The notes under the pieces are model-generated. The model saw only the letters and a program-made list of their open reading frames with translations. It did no database searches and was not told the DNA's origin. Position numbers and translations under genes: made by a program. Below, in pieces: positions 8,741 to 19,604 of a stretch of DNA of 64,000 bases (its first letter is position 1; every line of letters begins with the position of its first letter). Source of the DNA: Acidobacteriota bacterium (lineage in GTDB: Bacteria > Acidobacteriota > Thermoanaerobaculia > Thermoanaerobaculales > Sulfomarinibacteraceae); NCBI GenBank assembly GCA_024641545.1, contig JAHECW010000004.1, positions 1,960-65,959 of the forward strand. Reading direction: 5' to 3'.

Positions 8741-9709
8741 ATGAAGTTGAAGGTCGATATTCTCTCGTGTCTGCTCCTGGTTTCACTCCCGGCTCTCGCC
8801 GCCGGTCCGAGCCTCGATCCGGATCTGCCCACCTACGCCAAGGTGGAAGGCCTTCGGGGCACCCTCAACGCCGCCGGCTCGGACACCATGCTCGAGCTCC
8901 AGGCCCTGATGGCCGAGGAGTTCCGAAAGCTCTACCCCCAGGTCAAGATCCAGGTCGAGGGCAAGGGCTCCTCCACCGCCCCGCCGGCCCTCATCGAGGG
9001 CACGGTCCAACTCGGCGACATGTCGCGCAAGATGAAGAGCAAGGAGACCGACGCCTTCGAGGAGGCCTTCGGCTACGAGCCGACCCGCTACGACATCGCC
9101 CTCGACACCCTGGCGGTCTTCGTCAACAAGGACAACCCGATTGCGAGCCTGACCATCGCCCAGGTCGACGCGATCTTCTCCAAGACCCGCAAGTGCGGCC
9201 TCGCGGGCGACATCAGCACGTGGGGCAAAGTCGGCCTCGGCGGCAACTGGGCGACCGCGCCGATCTCGCTCTACGGCCGCAACGCCGCTTCCGGGACCTA
9301 CGGCTACTTCAAGGACCACGCCCTGTGCAAGGGCGACTACAAGGACACCGTGAAGGAACAGCCCGGCTCGGCCTCGGTCGTCCAGGGTATCGAAAAGGAC
9401 CCCTACGGCATCGGCTACTCGGGGATCGGCTACACGACCTCGGGCGTCCGCACCGTGCCGCTCGCCCCCGCGGACGGCCAGCCGGCGGTGGCGGCGTCGT
9501 CCGAGAATGCCGCCAACGGCAGCTACCCGCTCGCCCGGTTCCTGCACATCTACGTCAACAAAGCGCCCAACAAGGAGCTCGACCGGCTCACCGCCGAGTA
9601 CCTCCGGTTCATCCTCTCGGCCGACGGCCAGCGGGTGGTGATCAAGGCCGGCTTCGACCCCCTCGATGCTCGGACCGCAGCCGAGCAGCTCGCAGCGATC
9701 GGGAACTGA
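8741..9709 (+). CDS. pstS: phosphate ABC transporter substrate-binding protein PstS
   Basis: ATG 8741 follows ACAGGAGG. Signal peptide MKLKVDILSCLLLVSLPALAA. PstS-family motifs GSDTMLEL, GKGSSTAPPALIEGTVQLGDMSR and GYSGIGY. Confidence 0.9.
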   Translation: MKLKVDILSCLLLVSLPALAAGPSLDPDLPTYAKVEGLRGTLNAAGSDTMLELQALMAEEFRKLYPQVKIQVEGKGSSTAPPALIEGTVQLGDMSRKMKSKETDAFEEAFGYEPTRYDIALDTLAVFVNKDNPIASLTIAQVDAIFSKTRKCGLAGDISTWGKVGLGGNWATAPISLYGRNAASGTYGYFKDHALCKGDYKDTVKEQPGSASVVQGIEKDPYGIGYSGIGYTTSGVRTVPLAPADGQPAVAASSENAANGSYPLARFLHIYVNKAPNKELDRLTAEYLRFILSADGQRVVIKAGFDPLDARTAAEQLAAIGN

Positions 9710-9722
9710 ACGGGATCGGCGT

Positions 9723-11987
9723 GTGAAGCCCCTCCTCACCGAGCCGCAGAAGGACCGCCTCGCCACACTGGTGATCCGCGCCGGCGGGATTCTGGTGATC
9801 CTCGTCGTGGTGGCCATCGTGGTCAACATCGGTCTCGAGGCGCTGCCGCTCTTCAGCGGCGCCTCCGCCGGCGAGCTCGTGGCCATGGGCCCGGCGCCCG
9901 GGGCGCTCGCGGTCGGGACCGACCCCCGCCGCGAACTGGTGTGGCAACTCGACCGCGACGGAGTCGTTCGGATCGCTCCCGGGGATGAGGCGTTCTCCGT
10001 CATCGAGGGTGACGCCGTCCTCGTGGCGGCCGACCACGAGATTCACGGTCTCGTGTCGGCCCTGACCGCCGATGGTTCGGTGGCGGTCGGCGCGGTGCGG
10101 TTCAGCGATTCCTGGACCGGGGACGAACGGTCGACTACTGCCCGGTGGCGAGCAGCGGCCGATTCCCTCGAGCTCCCCGGCGAAGAAACCTGGGTTGGGG
10201 TGACCGCCAACGCCGACCCGGATGGTGCGGTGGTGGCCGCCGCGTGGACCGCCGAGGGACGGCTGGCGGTCGCGAACTGGGACGCCGATGACGAGTCCTG
10301 GTCGAGCCCGCCCGCTGCGCTCGACCTGCCGGGAATCGCATCCGTTGTGGTGGCGGAGGATCTCTCCTCGCTCGCCCTGATCGATGGCGACGGGCGGTTG
10401 CGGATCTTCGATCTGCCGACCCTGGCCGAAGCCGAGATTGGTGCGGTCGCGGCCCGGACGACCGCCGTGCGCTTTCTCATCGGTGGGGGAACGCTGGTGG
10501 CTGCGGGTGATGACGGCTCGGTGAACGTCATCGTCGAGGTGCCTCGGGTGCGGGTCGAGAACCGCGGCTCATCGCCGCTGGGCCTCGCCGGTGTCTCGCT
10601 GGCGCCGGGTGCGGCGGTCGTCCTGCCCGACGACCAGCTCGGCCAGGCGGTGGCTTCGAAACCGGAGATCATCCTGACGCCGGCGGCCCCGGTCTGGACC
10701 ACCATCCGCAGGATGCCGCCGATGCCGGCGCCGGTGCGTGTGATCGCGCCGTCCCACCGGCGCCGGGGCCTCCTGGTCGGGGCCGAGGATGGTTCGGTCG
10801 GCCTCTATTATTCGACCTCCGGCCGCCGGCTGCTGCTCGACAGCTGGGCCGCCGAAGCGATCGACTTCGTTGCCCTGTCGCCCAAGGGCGACGGCGCCGT
10901 CGTGCTCGCCGGGGAACGGCTGCTCGGCCGCTTTATCGACAACCCGCACCCCGAGATCAGCTTCCGCACCCTCTTTCTGCCGGTCTGGTACGAGGGTTAT
11001 GCGGCGCCCAAGTGGGTGTGGCAGACCACCGGCGGCTCCGATGCCTTCGAACCCAAAATGAGCTTGTGGCCGTTGATCTTCGGGACCTTGAAGGCGACCC
11101 TCTATGCGCTGCTCTTCTCGGTCCCCTTGGCGCTGATGGCCGCGGTCTACGTCTCCCAGCTCGCCCCGGCGTGGCTCCAGGCGGTCATCAAACCCACCGT
11201 CGAGCTCATGGCTGCGGTCCCTTCGGTGGTGGTGGGCTTCCTCGCAGCCCTGTGGCTCGCCCCCCGCCTCGAAGCCGCGCTCTTCACCGCCCTGGTCACC
11301 GTGATCTTACTGCCGCTGGCGGTCGGGGCCGCCCTGCTCGTCTGGCGCGCGGTTCCGGCGGCGGTTCGCCGCGGCGCCGGACCCGGCTGGGAGCTCGGCG
11401 CACTCCTGGTCGGGTTGGTGAGCATCGTCGCCCTGGTTGCGGCGTTTGCGGGCCCACTCGAGAGTTGGCTCTTCAACGGTGATTTTCAACGTTACCTCTT
11501 CACCGAGTGGGGTCTGCGTTTCGACCAGCGCAACAGCATCGTCGTCGGTCTGGCACTCGGCTTTGCGGTCATTCCGGTGATCTTCACCCTCGCCGAAGAC
11601 GCCTGCTCCGCGGTGCCCCGGAGCCTGGTATCGGCAAGCCGCGCCCTCGGCGCCACCCGGTGGCAGACCGCCGTCAGGCTCGTGGTCCCGGCCGCGAGCC
11701 CGGGGCTCTTCGCCGGGGTCATGCTCGGGCTCGGGCGCGCCGTCGGTGAGACCATGATCGTGCTCATGGCGGCCGGCAACACACCGATCCTCGATCTGTC
11801 GCCGTTCAACGGCATGCGGACCATGTCGGCCGCCATCGCGGTCGAGATCCCCGAGGCGCCGGTCGGCGGTACCCTCTTCCGCGTCCTCTTCCTCACCGGC
11901 GCGCTGCTCTTTGTCTTCACCTTCCTGATCACCACCGCCGCCGATCTGGTGGGGAGCTTCCTGCGGAAGAAATATGCCCGTTTCTGA
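9723..11987 (+). CDS. pstC: phosphate ABC transporter permease PstC, long form with large N-terminal periplasmic extension
   Basis: GTG 9723 is the first in-frame start after the pstS stop. The C-terminal approx. 300 aa form a typical PstC core ([35 protein letters not shown]). One N-terminal TM helix is followed by an approx. 400-aa extension. Confidence 0.85.
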   Translation: MKPLLTEPQKDRLATLVIRAGGILVILVVVAIVVNIGLEALPLFSGASAGELVAMGPAPGALAVGTDPRRELVWQLDRDGVVRIAPGDEAFSVIEGDAVLVAADHEIHGLVSALTADGSVAVGAVRFSDSWTGDERSTTARWRAAADSLELPGEETWVGVTANADPDGAVVAAAWTAEGRLAVANWDADDESWSSPPAALDLPGIASVVVAEDLSSLALIDGDGRLRIFDLPTLAEAEIGAVAARTTAVRFLIGGGTLVAAGDDGSVNVIVEVPRVRVENRGSSPLGLAGVSLAPGAAVVLPDDQLGQAVASKPEIILTPAAPVWTTIRRMPPMPAPVRVIAPSHRRRGLLVGAEDGSVGLYYSTSGRRLLLDSWAAEAIDFVALSPKGDGAVVLAGERLLGRFIDNPHPEISFRTLFLPVWYEGYAAPKWVWQTTGGSDAFEPKMSLWPLIFGTLKATLYALLFSVPLALMAAVYVSQLAPAWLQAVIKPTVELMAAVPSVVVGFLAALWLAPRLEAALFTALVTVILLPLAVGAALLVWRAVPAAVRRGAGPGWELGALLVGLVSIVALVAAFAGPLESWLFNGDFQRYLFTEWGLRFDQRNSIVVGLALGFAVIPVIFTLAEDACSAVPRSLVSASRALGATRWQTAVRLVVPAASPGLFAGVMLGLGRAVGETMIVLMAAGNTPILDLSPFNGMRTMSAAIAVEIPEAPVGGTLFRVLFLTGALLFVFTFLITTAADLVGSFLRKKYARF

Positions 11988-13635
11988 TTCACCGCAGCCG
12001 CTCGTCTCCGACCGGAAGGGACTCGCTCCGGGGCTGTCCGGGATCTGGGGCACCGCGTTGGCGACCGTGCTGATCCTCCTCATGCTCGGCCTCCTGCTGT
12101 GGATCGTCGCGGTCAACGCCTTCGGTTGGTTCTGGCCGGTGCCGGTGTGGCAGGTGGAGGAACGCAACGGAACCGTCCACATCGGCGCCGAGGTCGGCCG
12201 CGAAGCCATCCCCGGACCCGATGGCGCCGAACCCTTCTACCGTCTCCAGTTCAAGGTCGGCAACCGGGATCTCGACGGCCGCGACTTCGTCTGGATCGAC
12301 GAGGCAGAGATCCGATCGAAGGGTCGTCCCGGAGATCTCGTTCGAATCGTCCGCTCCGAGTACGGCGACGCCTTCGGTCGGATCGCCGGCGCGACCTCGT
12401 CCGACGGCGGCGCGGTGGAGGTCGGTGAACCCGATGTCCTGGCCGAGTTCCTCGCTGCCGGCAAGAATGCGCGCGCCGAACGGGCGCGGCTGGAAACCCG
12501 GCTCAGCGACGCCCGTCGACCGCTGACCAACCTCGAGGAAGCGCTCGATCTCCTCGAACGTTCGGCCAACGCCAAGACGGCTTCGGGTCAGGAGCGCGTC
12601 GTCGCCCTCTCGGCCGAGGTCGAGAAGCTGGCGATCGAGCTCCGTCCCACCCTCGACGAGATCCAGGGCGGACTCGACGCCCTCGCGGGCGACCTCGCGG
12701 CCGCGCACCTGAAACTGGTGGCGGGTGACGCGCGCTTCGAGGTTCCGCTGAGCAACGTCATCGAGGTCAGCTGGCCGAATCGCATGGGATTTGCCGGCAA
12801 GCTCGCGGCCGCGGTCCGCCACGGAGTGCTCTTCCTCGTGACCGAGCCGCGCGAGGCCAACACCGAGGGCGGGATCGCCCCGGCGCTCTTCGGCACCGTG
12901 CTCCTGGTGCTCCTCATGAGCGTCGCGGTGGTTCCGCTCGGGGTCATCACCGCGGTCTACATGACCGAGTACGCCCGGCACGGCTTCCTGCTGCGTCTCG
13001 CCAACCAGGCGGTCAACAACCTCGCCGGGGTGCCGTCCATCGTCTTCGGCATGTTCGGGCTCGCGTTCTTCATCTACGGCGTCGGCGGGTCCATCGACCG
13101 GGCGTTTTTCGCCGACCGGCTGCCGACGCCGACCTTCGGCACCGGGGGGCTGCTGTGGGCGTCGCTCACGCTCGCGCTGCTGACGGTGCCGGTGGTGGTG
13201 GTGGCGACCCGCGAAGGCCTGCTCGCGGTGCCGCGGAGTTGGCGCGAGGGATCACTGGCCCTCGGGGCGACCCGGTGGCAGACCCTGCGCCGGATCATCA
13301 TCCCGGCGGCCATGCCCGGCATCCTCACCGGTCTCATCCTCGCGGTCAGCCGCGCCGCCGGTGAGGTCGCCCCGCTCATGCTGACCGGGGCGGTCAAGCT
13401 GGCCCCGAGCCTGCCGGTTGACGGCAGCGCGCCGTTCCTCCACCTCCAACGCAAGTTCATGCATCTGGGTTTTCACATTTACGATGTCTCGATGCAGTCG
13501 CCCAACGTCGAGGCGGCCAAACCCATGGCATTCGCCACGACGCTGGTGCTGTTGCTGCTCGTGGTCCTCATGAATCTCGGCGCCATCGTCATCCGCCGCC
13601 GGTTGCGCCGCGCCTACCGCGGCCAATCGGTGTAG
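11974..13635 (+). CDS. pstA: phosphate ABC transporter permease PstA, long form
   Basis: Overlaps the pstC end by 14 nt. PstA core motifs [30 protein letters not shown] and [14 protein letters not shown]. Confidence 0.9.
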   Translation: MPVSDSPQPLVSDRKGLAPGLSGIWGTALATVLILLMLGLLLWIVAVNAFGWFWPVPVWQVEERNGTVHIGAEVGREAIPGPDGAEPFYRLQFKVGNRDLDGRDFVWIDEAEIRSKGRPGDLVRIVRSEYGDAFGRIAGATSSDGGAVEVGEPDVLAEFLAAGKNARAERARLETRLSDARRPLTNLEEALDLLERSANAKTASGQERVVALSAEVEKLAIELRPTLDEIQGGLDALAGDLAAAHLKLVAGDARFEVPLSNVIEVSWPNRMGFAGKLAAAVRHGVLFLVTEPREANTEGGIAPALFGTVLLVLLMSVAVVPLGVITAVYMTEYARHGFLLRLANQAVNNLAGVPSIVFGMFGLAFFIYGVGGSIDRAFFADRLPTPTFGTGGLLWASLTLALLTVPVVVVATREGLLAVPRSWREGSLALGATRWQTLRRIIIPAAMPGILTGLILAVSRAAGEVAPLMLTGAVKLAPSLPVDGSAPFLHLQRKFMHLGFHIYDVSMQSPNVEAAKPMAFATTLVLLLLVVLMNLGAIVIRRRLRRAYRGQSV

Positions 13636-13643
13636 AGGTCACC

Positions 13644-14411
<768 letters not shown>

Positions 14412-14485
14412 GCTCGTATGGAAGCTTGCAGATAGAGATCGCTCGGCGGGAGCCGGCGCCGGCAAGTGGCGACAAGGAGAATCAG

Positions 14486-15157
14486 ATGCAGCGCCAGTTC
14501 GAAAATGAGCTCGAAGAGATCAAACGCACCATCCTGACCATGGCGGGGATGGTGGAGAAGGGCCTGGCCGACGTCGCCAAGGCCCTGACCACCTGTGACT
14601 CCGAGCTCGCCCGGGCCGTCATCGCCATGGATGACGAGATCGACCAGTACGAGGTCAAGGTCGACCGGCTGGCCACCGAGTTCATCGCCAAGCATCAACC
14701 CACCGCCACCGATCTCCGGTTTGTCATCGTCGCCATCAAGATCGGACCCGAGCTCGAACGCGTCGCCGACAACGCCGTCAACATCGCCGAGCGGCTCCTC
14801 GAAATGTGTGAGGCGCCGCGGATCAAACCGATCGAGGATCTGCACCGGATGTTTGCGCTCGCCGGCGCCATGGTGAGCGACGCCATTGCCTCGTACGTTT
14901 CCCGCGACGCCGTGGCGGCGCGCGAGATCATCCGTCGCGACGACGAGGTGGACGCCCTCAACTGGTCGATCTTTCGCGAAATGATCCAGTACATGGTGGA
15001 CCACCCGGAGATCATCACCCGCGCCATCGACATCGTGTTGGTGGCACGATTCATCGAGCGCATCGCCGACCAGGCGACCAACATCTCCGAGGAGGTGGTC
15101 TACCTGGTGGACGCCCACCCGATCCGGCATGTCTCCGAAGACAAGTGGAACAAATAA
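14486..15157 (+). CDS. phoU: phosphate signalling complex protein PhoU
   Basis: ATG 14486 follows AAGGAGA. Two PhoU repeats (D..ID..E / E.IAD...NI motifs: DDEIDQYE, ERVADNAVNIAE, DDEVDALN, ERIADQATNISE). Confidence 0.9.
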   Translation: MQRQFENELEEIKRTILTMAGMVEKGLADVAKALTTCDSELARAVIAMDDEIDQYEVKVDRLATEFIAKHQPTATDLRFVIVAIKIGPELERVADNAVNIAERLLEMCEAPRIKPIEDLHRMFALAGAMVSDAIASYVSRDAVAAREIIRRDDEVDALNWSIFREMIQYMVDHPEIITRAIDIVLVARFIERIADQATNISEEVVYLVDAHPIRHVSEDKWNK

Positions 15158-15166
15158 GAGGAACCG

Positions 15167-15853
15167 ATGACGAGAGAGCGCATCGCACTCGTCGAGGACG
15201 ACGCCGATCTCGCGGCAACCCTCGGGATGGCGCTGGAACGCGAGGGCTATGAGATCGCCACCTACCCGACCGGCGGGGAAGGACTGATGGGAATCCTCGG
15301 CAGCCCCCCCGATCTGGTGCTGCTCGACCTCAACCTGCCGGATCTCGACGGGCTCAGCGTCTGCCGCGAGGTTCGCGACACCGCCACGGTCCGCGATCTG
15401 CCGATCATCATGCTCACCGCCCGGGTCGAGGAGAGCGACCGCGTGCTCGGCCTCGATCTCGGCGCCGACGACTACATCACCAAGCCGTTCTCCCTGCGCG
15501 AGCTCAAGAGCCGGATTCGGGCCCTGCTGCGGCGCCGAAGCCTCGACGGCGGGGTTCCCGGGGAGGAATATCGCGACGCCCGGCTCGTGGTGCGGCGCGG
15601 ACCCATGGATGTCGAGTTGGACGGTGAGCGCGTCCGGTTGACGGTGCGGGAGTTCGAGCTGCTGTGGTACCTCATCATGACGCGGCCCCGGGTGGCGTCC
15701 CGAGACAGCATCCTCGAGCGGGTCTGGGGTCTGTCGAGCGAGGTCGAGACCCGGACCGTCGATGTCCACATCCGCGCGTTGCGGGCCAAGCTCGGAGCCG
15801 AAATGGTGGAGACGATGATCGGCGCCGGTTATCGCTTCCGGGGCTTTCATTGA
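15167..15853 (+). CDS. phoB: OmpR-family response regulator, PhoB-like
   Basis: Receiver domain (VEDDADL...LLDLNLPDLDG...ADDYITKPF) plus a winged-helix output domain (LTVREFELLWYL...GYRF). Located between phoU and a histidine kinase. Confidence 0.85.
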   Translation: MTRERIALVEDDADLAATLGMALEREGYEIATYPTGGEGLMGILGSPPDLVLLDLNLPDLDGLSVCREVRDTATVRDLPIIMLTARVEESDRVLGLDLGADDYITKPFSLRELKSRIRALLRRRSLDGGVPGEEYRDARLVVRRGPMDVELDGERVRLTVREFELLWYLIMTRPRVASRDSILERVWGLSSEVETRTVDVHIRALRAKLGAEMVETMIGAGYRFRGFH

Positions 15854-17121
15854 GTCGATCCCGTCACCTGCTGACCGCCTTCGCGGCGGCCCTGCCGATT
15901 CTCGTCGTGGCGCTGATCGTCGGTGTCGGTCGCGGCTTCTCGGGAGCGCTGATCGCGGCGGCGCTGTGGCTGGCGGCGGTGCTGGTGGTGGAGGTTGCGC
16001 TGTGGTTCGGATCGGGGCGACAACTCGAAGTGATCGCCACGACCCTCGGGACGCCGCCACGGGACGTGCCGCGCGCTCTGCGCGAGCTCTCCGAGCGGGC
16101 CGAATCCTGTCGGATCGAGTGCGAGCGCCTGGCCTGCCGTCTCGAGGATCTTTCCTCGGGCCTGGGTGACGGACTGCTCGTCGTCACCTCCGATCTCCGC
16201 GTCCGGCTCATCAACAAGCCGGCGCTCGACTTCTGCGGCGTCGATACGACAGCCCCGCGCGGCAGCCACCTGCTCGAGATCCTGCGCGACCCGGCGGTGA
16301 TCGAGGTCATCGAAGAGGCTGCCGGGGGCGGGCGGCCCGGTCCCCGGGTGGTGGAGAACCGCAACGGACTGTGGGAGATCCGGGCGTTTCCGGTGCGCGA
16401 GGGCGGCGCCGTCGTGCTCTTTTCCGAGGTCAGCCTCGTCCGGCGATCCGCCGAGTTCCGGCGGCGATTCGTCCAGGATCTTTCGCACGAGCTCAGGTCG
16501 CCCCTGGCGGTGCTGCGGACCACGGTGGAGGCCCTCGAGGACGATGTCGACCCACGGCTGGCCGGTGTGCTGGTTCGCCAGGTCGAACGTCTGGACCACC
16601 TGACCCGCGAGCTCTACGACCTCGCCACCATCGAGTCGGGTCAGCTCGAGCTCGAGCTCGAAAAGGTCAATCTGAGCTCTCTGGTCCGCGATGTTCTCGC
16701 CGACCTCGGTCCCGAGGCGGTCTCGATCGGCGTCGACTTTCGCGATGCGGTTCCCAAGGACGCCGTTGCATGGTGTGATCGGCGCGGTCTTTACCGCATC
16801 CTGAGCAATCTCGTCGACAACGCGGTCAAGTACAACCGCCGCGGCGGCTGGGTCGAGATCCATGCCGAGAGCCGGGATGACGAGGTGACCATTCGGGTTT
16901 CGGACAGCGGCGAGGGCATCCCGCCGGGAGAACTCCGCGCCGTGTCGCAGCGCTTCTACCGGGTCGACCGGGCGCGGACCCCGGGCCAGGGCGGCCTCGG
17001 ACTCGGGCTGGCCATCGTCAAACACATGGTCCAGTACATGGGCGGTACGCTCGATCTCCGCTCGCGGGAGGGCATCGGCACGACCGTGACCATCACCCTT
17101 CCAAACGCCGCCTCGTCGTAG
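15850..17121 (+). CDS. phoR: sensor histidine kinase, PhoR-like
   Basis: TTG 15850 overlaps the phoB stop. Two TM helices, a PAS-like segment, H-box FVQDLSHELRSPL and an ATPase region (DNAVKYN, DSGEGI, GGLGLGLAIVKH). Confidence 0.8.
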   Translation: MSRSRHLLTAFAAALPILVVALIVGVGRGFSGALIAAALWLAAVLVVEVALWFGSGRQLEVIATTLGTPPRDVPRALRELSERAESCRIECERLACRLEDLSSGLGDGLLVVTSDLRVRLINKPALDFCGVDTTAPRGSHLLEILRDPAVIEVIEEAAGGGRPGPRVVENRNGLWEIRAFPVREGGAVVLFSEVSLVRRSAEFRRRFVQDLSHELRSPLAVLRTTVEALEDDVDPRLAGVLVRQVERLDHLTRELYDLATIESGQLELELEKVNLSSLVRDVLADLGPEAVSIGVDFRDAVPKDAVAWCDRRGLYRILSNLVDNAVKYNRRGGWVEIHAESRDDEVTIRVSDSGEGIPPGELRAVSQRFYRVDRARTPGQGGLGLGLAIVKHMVQYMGGTLDLRSREGIGTTVTITLPNAASS

Positions 17122-17135
17122 CGGGGCTCCGACGA

Positions 17136-19433
17136 TCAGACCGTGGAGGGTTCCGGATCTTTCCTGGCCGCCGGCGCCTCGATCCTGGGGGCGGGTTCGG
17201 CGTTGGGAATGGAATCCTCGAAGACCCCGAGCACGTAGGTGGCGTTCTCGGCGATCTTGAGCGCGTCCCAGGCAAGCGAGTAGAACAGGATGCTGAGCCG
17301 GGTCTTGGACGAGTTGTTCTGGATGCGCAGGACCTGGTTTTCGTCGAACTCGTCGACCAGCATCCGGATCTCGCGGTTCTTCGATGCGATTTCCGAGCAG
17401 TCCGGGCAGTCACCGGTCCGGAGGTTTCTCGAGGTGCGCTCGAGGACGTCGCAGACGATGTCTCGCAACCGACCGAGCTCGACAACCTGGGCCTCGAGCA
17501 GACCTGAATGATTGTTGGCCACGTGCAGATGGGCGCGGACCACGATGTCGCGCAGACTCTCGGAAATCTCCTGCAGGGTGCTGATGGTGTGGGCGTAGCG
17601 GCGAGAGTCCTGCACCGCCTCCCACTTGAGCAGTCGGAAGACCTTGAAGACGTTGGCCGCGATGATGTTCGACCAGCGCTGCACCCGGCGCTGCTTTTCG
17701 CGCGCTTCTTTGAGCGTCGATCGATCCTGTTTGAACAGTCCTTCGAAGCCGAGGTCGATGACCTTGGCGACCTCGGCGAGGAAGATTCCGGCGTGCCGCG
17801 AGGTGATTTCCGAGGCGGATTTCGAGTGCTTGATCTTGCGCAGGTTGAAGACCTCGACGGAGCTTTCCACCTCGGCCCGCTGGCGATGAATTCGATGGTT
17901 GCGGTAGATCAGGAAACCGATGAGCAGGGTGATTCCGAAGACTGCCCAGGTGTCGCCGAAGAAGATGACCGTGGCGAAGATCGACGAGACGGTGAATGCC
18001 ATCATGGCGGTGAAGAACCAACCGCCGACGACCGTCAGCACCCCGCTCACCCGATACACCGCACTGTCGCGGCCCCACGCCTGGTCCGACAACGAAGCGC
18101 CCATGGCGACCATGAAGGTGACGTATGTTGTCGACAGCGGCAGCTTGAAGGACGTGGCGAGGGAAATGAGAGCGCTGGCCACCATCAGATTGACGCCGGC
18201 GCGGATCAGGTCGAAGGACGGCACCGAACCGTCGGCAGCCGGGGGCGGGCGGTGTTCGGATCGATCGAAACGACGATTGACCGCCCGCCGAAGCCGTTTC
18301 GGCAAGAGCCTGCCGGTGGTGTCGAACAGGGTCGAAACCAGACGGACGATGGTCTGTGACAGCACGGTCGACTCGAAACGTTCGAAGCCCTCGTCCTGGC
18401 GACCGAGTTGGACGGTGGTCGCGGTCACCGAGCGCGCCTTGCGCGAGAACCACAGGGTGATCACCATCACGACGCCGGCGAAGAGCAGGACAAACGTGTT
18501 GCCGTGGACCGGCCGGGTCAGGGCCGCCATGTTCGCGGTCAGTGGCTCCGCCGTCGCATAGGCTTCCTGGTAGGCGCTCAACCCAGCCAGCGGAACCCCG
18601 ATGAAATTCACCAGATCATTGGCAGCGAAGGCCATCGCCAGGGCAAAGGTGCCGACCAGGACGATGAGCTTGAGGATGTTGACCCGCGTCAGACTGAGCA
18701 GAACCTGGAGGAAGAGGGCGGAAACCAGGAACGCTCCCAACAGGATCAAACTGGTGTGAGTCTTGATCCAGCTCAGGGTTTCGGGGGTGATGAAGGAGGC
18801 GCCCTTGGCGCCCTTGATGAGGATGAAGTAGGTGATGGAGGCGAGCCCCGCTCCGCCCCAGATCGCGCCGTAGCGCCGGATCCGCTTCTCGTAGTCGAAG
18901 GTGAAGACGATGCGGCTGATGAACTGAATGATGGCGCCGAAGGCGAACGCCACCACCACCGACAGCAGGATCCCGAAGATGATCGCCAGCGCCTTGCCGG
19001 TGTTGATGTACTCGACCACCCGGGCGAAGCTGTCGCCGGCCTCATAGAGCTTGAGCAGCGAAACCGCCACCGCGGCGCCGAGGAGCTCGAAGACGATGGA
19101 AACCGTGGTCGAGGTCGGCAGCCCGAAGGTGTTGTAGAGGTCGAGCAGGAGGATGTCGGTGAGCATGACCGCGAGAAAGACGGTCATCAGCTCGGGCATG
19201 GTGAAGAACTGCGGGTTGAAAATGCCCTTGCGCGCGACCTCCATCATCCCCGACGAGAAGGTCACCCCGGCGAGCATCCCGAGACTGGCGACGATCATGA
19301 TCACATGACGTGGCGCCACCCGCGAACCGATGGACGAGTTGAGAAAGTTGACGGCGTCGTTGGAAACCCCGACGATGAGATCGGACAATGCCAGCCCGAA
19401 CAGCAACAGTATTGCAAAATGAAAGAAATCCAT
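17136..19433 (-). CDS. PiT-family inorganic phosphate transporter with approx. 200-aa C-terminal PhoU-like cytoplasmic extension
   Basis: ATG at 19433 (MDFFHFAILLLFG...). PiT signatures GVSNDAVNF and AANDLVNFIGVPLAG. The ORF-track extension up to 20399 is antisense to the lipid kinase gene and is rejected. The tail from about residue 560 is helical and PhoU-like by eye. Confidence 0.8.
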   Translation of the reverse strand: MDFFHFAILLLFGLALSDLIVGVSNDAVNFLNSSIGSRVAPRHVIMIVASLGMLAGVTFSSGMMEVARKGIFNPQFFTMPELMTVFLAVMLTDILLLDLYNTFGLPTSTTVSIVFELLGAAVAVSLLKLYEAGDSFARVVEYINTGKALAIIFGILLSVVVAFAFGAIIQFISRIVFTFDYEKRIRRYGAIWGGAGLASITYFILIKGAKGASFITPETLSWIKTHTSLILLGAFLVSALFLQVLLSLTRVNILKLIVLVGTFALAMAFAANDLVNFIGVPLAGLSAYQEAYATAEPLTANMAALTRPVHGNTFVLLFAGVVMVITLWFSRKARSVTATTVQLGRQDEGFERFESTVLSQTIVRLVSTLFDTTGRLLPKRLRRAVNRRFDRSEHRPPPAADGSVPSFDLIRAGVNLMVASALISLATSFKLPLSTTYVTFMVAMGASLSDQAWGRDSAVYRVSGVLTVVGGWFFTAMMAFTVSSIFATVIFFGDTWAVFGITLLIGFLIYRNHRIHRQRAEVESSVEVFNLRKIKHSKSASEITSRHAGIFLAEVAKVIDLGFEGLFKQDRSTLKEAREKQRRVQRWSNIIAANVFKVFRLLKWEAVQDSRRYAHTISTLQEISESLRDIVVRAHLHVANNHSGLLEAQVVELGRLRDIVCDVLERTSRNLRTGDCPDCSEIASKNREIRMLVDEFDENQVLRIQNNSSKTRLSILFYSLAWDALKIAENATYVLGVFEDSIPNAEPAPRIEAPAARKDPEPSTV

Positions 19434-19604
19434 CCGCCACCCTTGTGATGATCTTGCGAACCGAGAGATCATCGTGAATTGCGACCGATCGGCGATCGAA
19501 GACACAGTAGTACAGCCCCCCGCGGAACACAATTCACGGCCGCCGGGGGTTGGCGGGGAGCATCGTCGCCCCTCGCCGGAACGAAAGGAAACTGGTAGGG
19601 TGCA

